Assembly (NCBI GenBank): GCA_963803935.1
Contig: CAWDOZ010000133.1
Span: 37,882 to 101,881 of the forward strand
Reading direction: 5' to 3'
Source of the DNA: an uncultured Fibrobacterota bacterium
GTDB lineage: Bacteria > Fibrobacterota > Chitinivibrionia > Chitinivibrionales > Chitinispirillaceae
DNA length: 64,000 nt
The notes under the pieces were generated by a model. That model ran no database searches and had not been told where the DNA came from. It saw nothing but the letters and a program-made list of their open reading frames with translations. The translations under genes were made by a program, and so were the position numbers. Shown piece after piece: positions 18,186 through 25,827 of this stretch; position 1 is the first letter of the stretch; every line of letters starts with the position of its first letter.

Positions 18186-19334
18186 TTAACCTAATGTAAA
18201 ATAAATTTCCGCTCCCTTGCCCGGCTCGCCCTTTGCCCAGATCTTCCCCTTATGTCTTTCCAGTACCTGATGGGCAATTGCCAGCCCCAGCCCGGTACCC
18301 TCAAAATCCGATTCCGAATGCAGACGCTTAAATGGAATGAAAATCTCCCCGGCTTTGGCCATATCAAAGCCCACGCCGTTGTCCTTAACGCAAATAGATT
18401 TATCCGGGCATACGAAGAGTTCGATTCGCGGATCGGCCGTTTTTGAGGTAAATTTCCATGCATTGCGAAGGAGATTTGAAAGCATGATGGTTATAAGTTT
18501 AGAATCGCCCTGCACGTTCAGATTCCCCCGCGTAACATATGCCACCGCCCGGTTTGGCTGCGAATCGCGAAGTTCATTGATAATAGTCGCGGCAATGGGG
18601 CCCAGATCGATTTCCTCCAAAGTCATGGCTTCCCTGGAGATATTATACAGTAACAAGAGGCTATCGATTATTTCATTCATCTTGAGAGCGCTTCCGGAAA
18701 TACGTGTCAGAAGGTCGCCGACTTTTTCGTCTATATTCTTTGAGTACAAACGATTGATGGTATCGCTCAAGCCCTTGATCACCGTTATGGGATTACGGAG
18801 GTCGTGAGCCATGGCATGGGCGAATGCCCTGAGATTATCATTGGCAAGGGTCAGAGCCGTCGCATGGCGGGCAAGTGCCTCCTCCAGAAGTTTACGTTCC
18901 GTGATGTCACGTATATTGCACTGAATTACGGATTGGTTGCCTTCTGTATAGACATTGCTGACAAACTCCACATCGATTTTCCTGCCATTGGCCGTTTCCA
19001 GGGGGAGGTCTTCATAGCGGATATATTTTTTTGATTTCAATTCATCATAATTGTCCTTATTCGCGATGATGTCCTTAAAAAAACCGATATCCCAGATTGT
19101 TTTATCGATAAACTGCTCATAGGAATATCCCAGTAAATCGACCAGGAATGGATTCACATCGACGATTTGCCCGGACTCCGCATCAAGGATGAGAATCCCG
19201 TCTTTTGCTGTTTCAAACAATCGCCGGTATTTTAGCTCGGAGGTTTTGAGCGCGGCTTGCACATTTTCGGCAATAATTCTATCGGCATCCGTCTGGTATT
19301 CCACTATTCGATCCTTTTTCCTGGAATGAAGCAT
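18186..19334 (-). CDS. cytoplasmic PAS-domain sensor histidine kinase
   Basis: It has a PAS domain (YRRLFETAKDGILILDAESGQIVDVNPFLVDLLGY), an H-box (AHAMAHDLRNPI), an N-box (NLLRNAWKF) and G-boxes (DNGVGF, GTGLGLAI). No TM segments are present. Confidence 0.88.
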   Translation of the reverse strand: MLHSRKKDRIVEYQTDADRIIAENVQAALKTSELKYRRLFETAKDGILILDAESGQIVDVNPFLVDLLGYSYEQFIDKTIWDIGFFKDIIANKDNYDELKSKKYIRYEDLPLETANGRKIDVEFVSNVYTEGNQSVIQCNIRDITERKLLEEALARHATALTLANDNLRAFAHAMAHDLRNPITVIKGLSDTINRLYSKNIDEKVGDLLTRISGSALKMNEIIDSLLLLYNISREAMTLEEIDLGPIAATIINELRDSQPNRAVAYVTRGNLNVQGDSKLITIMLSNLLRNAWKFTSKTADPRIELFVCPDKSICVKDNGVGFDMAKAGEIFIPFKRLHSESDFEGTGLGLAIAHQVLERHKGKIWAKGEPGKGAEIYFTLG

Positions 19335-19438
19335 ATATTTCTGCTGTTGGAAGGTAGCAAATGTAAACCATTGAAGTTTTTAAACGCGGCTGCGAAACTA
19401 AAAAGGATGAAACTAAAATATTTTATTCCAGCTCATAA

Positions 19439-19687
19439 CTATTGAACATGGTCTGTTGATCGTACCGGCTCTTTTCCTGCCGCACGTTTTTTTTCCTCTT
19501 CCCACCATTTCCTGAAAGCTTCACCGTATTTCCCGATCCATTCGCAATAAATATCGTTGAGAGGCTTGTCCCTGAGCGGATCATGGCCTATCTGTTCTCC
19601 CAGGAACCACTTGAATCGCTCCATTTCATGAATCTGCGCTCTATTACAATCCTGCAGGTCATTCTGCTGCGAGATTTCTGTCGGCAT
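19439..19687 (-). CDS. small conserved-looking hypothetical protein (W/K/E-rich)
   Basis: The start is taken at ATG MPTEISQQ, 7 nt after GGGGAG. The motif is HEMERFKWFLGEQIGHDPLRD ... WIGKYGEAFRKWW. I do not recognise the family with confidence. Confidence 0.5.
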   Translation of the reverse strand: MPTEISQQNDLQDCNRAQIHEMERFKWFLGEQIGHDPLRDKPLNDIYCEWIGKYGEAFRKWWEEEKKRAAGKEPVRSTDHVQ

Positions 19688-19795
19688 GTTTTGCTCCCCG
19701 GTGTCTCCCCGGTACCATGAGATCAGCAACTCGATCGATCCCTGGTAAACACTTGTTTTGTGGTTCTCCTGTCAAGGCATTTATACGGGGAATTA

Positions 19796-22700
19796 TTATT
19801 TATTCTTAACCGCATTCAACTGCGCATCCAGACTATCCTGTTCGGCCTTTAGTTTGCTAATCTCAAACTGCTCTTTCTCAATTCCCTCATCAGCCGTTGT
19901 CTCGCGCTGTTTATAGTTTTCGATGGCGTGATAGGTCTCGGCCGGGGTGAGCGGTGGAGGCGGTGGCACCGGAGCTGCAACCGGCGGTGCCGGAGGTTCG
20001 ACAGAGGGTGCCGGAGCTGCTGCCGGCGCGGTGGACGCGGCCGGAGCTTCTGCCGCCGGGGCGGTATTCGGGGCGGCCGGAGTTTCCTTGAGGACCGGCG
20101 CCGCAGGTTGCGTCTCCGGCAAAGCGGGATTCGCCGCAACCGGCATTACCGGGTGCGCTGCGGCAGAGACGGTGTCCGGCGTCTTAGGCTGCAAGGGTTG
20201 CACGGGCGCGGCCGGCGCCGTGCCCGATGCGGATACAAAATGCTGGCTCGTATCGATCATGACGCTCAGCGCCATGGCGGCGCCGCGCGCGGCGGAATCG
20301 CGGGCATTGACCTCGAAAGCGATCCAGTTATCTCCGCCCTTGAGCGTGGAAGCGATGCCGATGGCGCTGTCCGGCAGTATCGGCGGCATCGGCTTGCCGA
20401 CCGTATCGCTCAGGATGAGCAGGCCATTGACATACAAACGATAGGGCGCCTGCGTCATAACCCGGACGTCCGCGCTTCTCGGGGCGCCGCTCAGGAAGGC
20501 ATTCCGGCGGAAATAAACGGGCCCGGCCGGGGTAGCGCTGCCGAGGTACAGGGCATGGACCGGGGCAAAATCCTTACCCGGACAGGGTGCCAGGGCGAGT
20601 GCACGCTGCCAACCCTCCTGCGGCGGCGTTGCAGCTTTCCATCCGGCGGCGCTGTCGGCCCTGACGAGCCATCCGCTGTCCGACACCACCGCGACCGGCT
20701 GGTAGAAGGCGCGGCCATACTTGGTGGGGTCGAGCCGCGCGAGACTTTCGAGAATCCTGCGCGACCAGGGGCTTGACTCAAGATTATTCTTCCGGACGTT
20801 CGCCAGCCCCTCCTCGTAATACTGGATAGCCTTGTCCTGCATTTCGTAGGAGATATCCTGGAGCTGGAAGACGATATCTTCTTTTTCAGCCTTGGTCAGG
20901 TCTCCGCTGAGGTCCTTCGCGCGGGCGACGATCTCGGCGTACATGCTGTCGTAATCGAGCCCTATCGAATAATTATCTTTCGCAAACATTGACCGGCACG
21001 AGTCGATTTCCCTGCCCGTGAGGCCGAGTGAATCGGCGAGTGAAAGCGCTCCCACATAATAATCGCAGGCTGCGCGCTTGAGCGGCAGTACGGTTTCGAG
21101 CAGGCGCTTCTGGTACTGGTAGTAGTGGACCGGTTTTTCACGTATCGCAAGGGGAACCGGGGCGGCCTGCATCACGCCTGCGGCTTCCCACAGCCACGCT
21201 CCCGCTTCGATGATATTTGTCCTGAGGGCGCTGTCGGACTTCGCGATCCATTGTTTCTGGTCCGCAGAGAGCGAATCGAAGGCTTTCGCGATGCTTCGTA
21301 CTTTCCCATAGGGAATAAAGGACTTCTGCAGCAGCGCGGACGAGACGGTCAGGATGTCCTTATCGAGCAGGGCCGCCTTGATAGGATCGAGCGGAGGCCG
21401 CGCCTGGTTCTTCCAGGCCATGGCGAGGTCCTCGGAGAGTCGTCCTATATAGTTGGCCGCCTCGAATATCCGCGGGCTCCGGTACTCCATAACCCGCCGG
21501 AACGAGGCCTCTGCGTCCGCCATGAGGCCGCTCTTTTCGCGCATGATCCGCAGCAGATCCTCCCCGGTCCCGGTAAACTTGAGAGCAAGGAACGTTTCGC
21601 GCTTGATTAGTCCCGAATAGTAGGCGGCTTCGGCTGCATGGAAATTATCCGTGGCAAGATTTTCCCTGGACAGTTCCGTATTGAGCGCCTCGGTCTGCGC
21701 AAAGCCGATGAGGGCATTGCCGAAATACCCCTTGTCGTAGTAGCACTTTGCAAGCATGTAACTGGCTTCCACGGCCTGAGGCAACTTTGAATAGCGGCTG
21801 ATGAACGTGCGATAGGCCTCGATCGCCTTGTCGATCAGCCCCGCTTTTACATAATAGGCACCCGAGCGGAGCAGCATGAGTTCCACGTTCTTTTCGCCGG
21901 GATACATTTCGCTGTATCGCTCATTGACCTCGGCCATCTTCTCGGGCTTACCGAGCTTTTCGTAGCAGAACCCGACATTGAAGAGCGCATCCTTCGCCTT
22001 ATCCGAGGCGGGATATACGGCTATGATGCGTTCGTAGGCCTGTGCCGCCAGATCGAACTTTCCGATTTTTTCATAGTCGCCGGCGGAATTGAACAGGGCT
22101 CCGGCTGCGAGCTTCGACTGCGGATAGCGGGTGACAAGGTCCGCATACCGTTCGCAGGCCTTGTCCCATTTGCTGAGTTTTTCCATGGCTTCGGCCGCAT
22201 TGAACAGCACAACGTCGCCGTATTCGCTGCCCGGGAACTGCTCGTCGATCGAGCGGTAGAGCTCGGCGGCCTGCTCCGCGTTCCCCGTACTGTCGATCTT
22301 CTTTGCATTCAGGAACTCGGACTGCAGCAGGAGCTTTTTGGCGGCTGCGCGGAGAGTCTCGTCTCCGGAACTCTTCCAGACCTGCTCGAAGGCCTCGCTC
22401 GCCGCCCCCCAGTTATCTTCGGCATAGCGGCATTGGCCGAGAAACAGGAGCGCCTCAAAGTATTCGGGTCCGCCCTGGCCATGGGCAACGATGGCCTCGT
22501 AGCTCTTTTCGGCATCCGCCAGTAGGTGGCGGTTGAAGTACACGGCGCCCAGCCCGAGCATCACCTTGCTCCACGAACTTCCGTGCGGGAAAAGCGTGCA
22601 ATAATTAAGGACCGCGTTGATGACGCGCATGGCCGCCAGGTCGATCTCCCCCTTCTTGACCAGGCTGTCGGCAGGCAGGAGCTCCTGGCTGATGGCAAAG

Positions 22701-22975
22701 GCATTGAGAGCTGCCTGCTCCCGCCGGGTCGAATCGACCGACGGCAGCTTGCTGTAGGCGGTATACCGGGCGAACGCCTGCTCCTTATCATGAAGCTTGG
22801 TATCCTGGATCACGGCGAGATTCCAGAGCGCCTCGGCCGCATGCGGGTCCTGCGGATAGGTCTCCACGAGACGCTCGTAATTCTTCGCGGCATGTTCGTA
22901 CTTGACGGCGTCCTTGGTAGAGTCGGCCTGCCGGTACGTAGCATCGGCAACATAGAGGCCGTTGGCAATCGACAT
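19796..22975 (-). CDS. TPR-repeat envelope protein, the C-terminal part of a split giant TPR gene
   Basis: It contains many YbgF/TPR_6-like repeats (A..Y..A......Y..A...F..L...YP.S..A). These are followed by a beta-sandwich-like region, a Pro/Ala-rich tract and a terminal coiled coil. The frame stays open upstream of the annotated Met as far as the G7 run at 23035. Confidence 0.7.
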   Translation of the reverse strand: MSIANGLYVADATYRQADSTKDAVKYEHAAKNYERLVETYPQDPHAAEALWNLAVIQDTKLHDKEQAFARYTAYSKLPSVDSTRREQAALNAFAISQELLPADSLVKKGEIDLAAMRVINAVLNYCTLFPHGSSWSKVMLGLGAVYFNRHLLADAEKSYEAIVAHGQGGPEYFEALLFLGQCRYAEDNWGAASEAFEQVWKSSGDETLRAAAKKLLLQSEFLNAKKIDSTGNAEQAAELYRSIDEQFPGSEYGDVVLFNAAEAMEKLSKWDKACERYADLVTRYPQSKLAAGALFNSAGDYEKIGKFDLAAQAYERIIAVYPASDKAKDALFNVGFCYEKLGKPEKMAEVNERYSEMYPGEKNVELMLLRSGAYYVKAGLIDKAIEAYRTFISRYSKLPQAVEASYMLAKCYYDKGYFGNALIGFAQTEALNTELSRENLATDNFHAAEAAYYSGLIKRETFLALKFTGTGEDLLRIMREKSGLMADAEASFRRVMEYRSPRIFEAANYIGRLSEDLAMAWKNQARPPLDPIKAALLDKDILTVSSALLQKSFIPYGKVRSIAKAFDSLSADQKQWIAKSDSALRTNIIEAGAWLWEAAGVMQAAPVPLAIREKPVHYYQYQKRLLETVLPLKRAACDYYVGALSLADSLGLTGREIDSCRSMFAKDNYSIGLDYDSMYAEIVARAKDLSGDLTKAEKEDIVFQLQDISYEMQDKAIQYYEEGLANVRKNNLESSPWSRRILESLARLDPTKYGRAFYQPVAVVSDSGWLVRADSAAGWKAATPPQEGWQRALALAPCPGKDFAPVHALYLGSATPAGPVYFRRNAFLSGAPRSADVRVMTQAPYRLYVNGLLILSDTVGKPMPPILPDSAIGIASTLKGGDNWIAFEVNARDSAARGAAMALSVMIDTSQHFVSASGTAPAAPVQPLQPKTPDTVSAAAHPVMPVAANPALPETQPAAPVLKETPAAPNTAPAAEAPAASTAPAAAPAPSVEPPAPPVAAPVPPPPPLTPAETYHAIENYKQRETTADEGIEKEQFEISKLKAEQDSLDAQLNAVKNK

Positions 22976-25827
22976 GGAGTCAACGGACTTGAGCAGGGTG
23001 CTGTCGCCGCCGAATTGCTTCTGCCATGCCCCCCCTTACCGTACCGCGCGGTAAAATCTTCACGCAGAAGCATTGCAGAATCGGTATTCTTGTGGCTGTC
23101 GTAAAGCCGAATGAGGGAGACCGAGCTGGTGGGTGCATCCCGGCTCTCCGGGTACTCGTTCAGGAGGCGCTTGTATACGCGAATAGCACCGGGATAGTCA
23201 AGATCTTCCTCCCTGAGCTCGCCTATGCGTTTTACTACCATAGCAGAATAGTCGGGGCTGTTGGTCAACTTCAGGAAGCCGATCGCATCGTCCATTTTCC
23301 CGAGTAGATCGTAACAGACGGCAATGTAGTCGACCGCCTCTTCGCGGAGGAGCGGGTTCTTGACCTGGTTTTCCTCCCGCTTTGCAAGGTTGAAATCCGG
23401 GTGCGAGCCTTCGATGAGGTACTTGAAGACCGCAATGGCGTCCTCGTACTGGTTCTGCATGTAATAACACCAGCCAAGCTGGTAGAGCGCCGCATAGTAC
23501 TGCGGATGGTCCCGGAAGAGCAGCACCCGGCGGTAGGCGTCGGATGCAAGGGTATACCCGTGGCCGTTTTCGCTCTTCGGGTGGTCGAAATAGTATTTGC
23601 CGATGCGCATATTGGCTTCGACGAAGTACTGGCTTTGCGGAAATTTTTCGATGAGCTCCTGGAGCACGGTATTGGCGGTATCGTCCCGGCCCCACTTTTC
23701 CATGGCGAGCGCCTTGTAAAAATAGGCGCCCTCGACTACCTCGTCGCCGGGATACTGGCTGATAATATCGTTGTAGGTCGCTACGACTTTTTCAAGGTGA
23801 TACTCCGGAAACGCGAGTCCGGCCGTGTCCTTTCCCTGTGCCATTTTCTGCTCGTATGCGGCCAGGGCGGCCTGGAACTGGTCCCCGGCTTCATCGAAAT
23901 AGAGCTCGGCCAGCCGGAAAAGGATCTTCGCGCAGTACTTGCTTTTCGGGTATACATCGAGGCTGGTCCGGAGATGGCTGATGAGCCCCTCGCGGTCATT
24001 GGCGATCATTTCAACAAGGCGATCCCGGTCGGCCTCGGTGTAAACTTTCTCCGGGACCGCCCCTCCCTGCTTTGCCTTGTCGGACGAAGGAACCGGTGCA
24101 GCTTCGGCGGTCTTCGCAGGCTCGGCGGCCTTTACCGGGTTTCCCGGGGATGTCGCCTCGGGGGTTTTCTTTGCCTCTTCTGCTTTTACTGCGGCTTTCC
24201 TGCGCGCGGCAATCTGCTCGCTTGCCCGCTTCAGCTCTTCCTTGGTCTCCTGATATTTTGCAAATACCCAGTCGATGAACTTCGCCTGCAGTTCCTCGTC
24301 GCCTTCACGGTTTTTATACTCTTTGCCGATGCACTCCTTCATGACGATCGCATATTCGTGGTCGCACTGTTCGCGGCGGTGTTTCAGGGAATCCAGCGCA
24401 AGGCGCATAGTTTCCGCCGCGGTTTTCGGGACAACAACCGTATCTGAGGTGACCGGGGGCACCAACACGCCCGACGCGAGGATGCGACCCTGGAGATCGG
24501 ATATCGAATCGTCGAATAGGTTTTTGCGGGTCTTGAGCATCCCGAGATACCGCCGCTCGGCCTGGTAGGGTACGCCGCTGCCCGGCGTTCCTTCCGGGCC
24601 GTTACCCGGCGCTCCCTCGGGCGCTACCTCCTTGAGCAGGTCGTAGTACCGGCTTTCGAGGTCCTGCAACTGCCTGGAGTTGCTGTTGACATCCTCTTCG
24701 AGCGATTCCCGTCCGTCGCGGATGGCAAGATGCTCGATGTCCTGCCAGGACGAAAGCATATCGGCGATCCGGTCGACCTCATCGAAAATCTCGAAGGTGA
24801 GTCGCGCGTTCACGATCTCCTGCCGTATGAGTCGGCCGACAAGCGCCGCATTGGCCTTGTCTCCAAGCCGCCCGTACGACTCCTCGAGCACCGAGGCAAT
24901 TTCGAAATAGTAGGAGTTCGCCGGATTCTTCTCAAGAAAAAGGAGAGCGAGTTTCGCGCTCTTTTTATAGTTGCCCATGTCAAAGTAGCACTGGGCAATC
25001 TTTACCTGAGCATATTTGAACCGTTTCGCCTTCGAGGGCACCTTCCGGTAAAATTTAAGCGCCTCCGCAGGGGTATTTTGCAAGTAATAGATGTCGCCGA
25101 TGAGAATCGAGGTCTCGTACAGCAGTTCCCCGCTGCCACCGCTCTTCCGCAGGTCCGTCAGGGTTTCGAGCGCCTCACCGAACTCCCGGGTCTGGATCCG
25201 GCAGAGTGCAGACAGGAACCGCGTCCGCGGGAGCACCGAGGATGTTGCCGGGATCTGCGCAAGTTTTTCGAGCGCGGCCGCATACTCCCCATGCCCGTAG
25301 TCGTGGAGCGCCCCGACGTACCGAACGGCATTGATCAGGGGATGTGCAGCAAAATTCCGGCAGAAGCTCGCGTAGAGCGAATCCACTCCTGGCTCGTCGT
25401 TTGCAACCGCAAATTCAAGGAGGCGGTAACAGCTGGCGGGCACATTATCGGAACCGGGATAGTCGTCGATGATTGTCCGGTAATCCCGCGCGGCAAGTCC
25501 GCGGCAGCCGAGCCAACGGTAACTCTCGCCGAGCGCAAAGACGAGGAAATCCATCCGTCCGTCCGGCAGGCTGAGGGAGCGCAACTTTTCGAGATTCTCT
25601 GCAGCACGGCGGTATTCGCCGTCGGCATAGTGCTTGAGCGCCGAGCGGACATCGGCCGGAAGGGTCACGGCAACCTGGCTCAGCGCTACGGGTTCTTCGC
25701 TGTCGGCACATTGGAGCAACCACTCGACGCGCAGGGAGTCGTCCCCGGAACGAATAGTCCCTGCCGCGGCAAGCGTCATGCCTGCCGTCAATACCGCGAG
25801 GATTGCCCGGAGCGCTATCTGCAGCAT
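22810..25827 (-). CDS. TPR-repeat envelope protein, the N-terminal part of a split giant TPR gene
   Basis: The start is taken at MLQIALRAILAVLTAGMTLAAAG (signal peptide, ATG 25827). TPR repeats run throughout. The last ~75 codons after the G7 run (HGRSNSAATAPCSS...RRTRMRPRRSGISP) look like out-of-frame sequence overlapping the next ORF. Confidence 0.7.
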   Translation of the reverse strand: MLQIALRAILAVLTAGMTLAAAGTIRSGDDSLRVEWLLQCADSEEPVALSQVAVTLPADVRSALKHYADGEYRRAAENLEKLRSLSLPDGRMDFLVFALGESYRWLGCRGLAARDYRTIIDDYPGSDNVPASCYRLLEFAVANDEPGVDSLYASFCRNFAAHPLINAVRYVGALHDYGHGEYAAALEKLAQIPATSSVLPRTRFLSALCRIQTREFGEALETLTDLRKSGGSGELLYETSILIGDIYYLQNTPAEALKFYRKVPSKAKRFKYAQVKIAQCYFDMGNYKKSAKLALLFLEKNPANSYYFEIASVLEESYGRLGDKANAALVGRLIRQEIVNARLTFEIFDEVDRIADMLSSWQDIEHLAIRDGRESLEEDVNSNSRQLQDLESRYYDLLKEVAPEGAPGNGPEGTPGSGVPYQAERRYLGMLKTRKNLFDDSISDLQGRILASGVLVPPVTSDTVVVPKTAAETMRLALDSLKHRREQCDHEYAIVMKECIGKEYKNREGDEELQAKFIDWVFAKYQETKEELKRASEQIAARRKAAVKAEEAKKTPEATSPGNPVKAAEPAKTAEAAPVPSSDKAKQGGAVPEKVYTEADRDRLVEMIANDREGLISHLRTSLDVYPKSKYCAKILFRLAELYFDEAGDQFQAALAAYEQKMAQGKDTAGLAFPEYHLEKVVATYNDIISQYPGDEVVEGAYFYKALAMEKWGRDDTANTVLQELIEKFPQSQYFVEANMRIGKYYFDHPKSENGHGYTLASDAYRRVLLFRDHPQYYAALYQLGWCYYMQNQYEDAIAVFKYLIEGSHPDFNLAKREENQVKNPLLREEAVDYIAVCYDLLGKMDDAIGFLKLTNSPDYSAMVVKRIGELREEDLDYPGAIRVYKRLLNEYPESRDAPTSSVSLIRLYDSHKNTDSAMLLREDFTARYGKGGHGRSNSAATAPCSSPLTPCRLPTASMLPMLRTGRPTLPRTPSSTNMPRRITSVSWRPIRRTRMRPRRSGISP

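Noticed and set aside
19947-20444. A Gly/Ala-rich 165-aa plus-strand ORF (and 19849..20139 on the minus strand) in the Pro/Ala-rich part of the TPR gene.
   Set aside because: These are low-complexity mirror or alternate-frame translations of the PAPAAP-type linker of the 1059-aa ORF, not independent genes.
23029-23035. Programmed ribosomal frameshifting or bona fide phase variation as the explanation for the split TPR gene and the other frame breaks.
   Set aside because: Five or six independent single-nt breaks, including in engB and ptsI, make sequencing or assembly indels the most economical explanation. No slippery heptamer plus downstream structure was evident. The idea is kept only as a low-probability alternative for the C7 tract.
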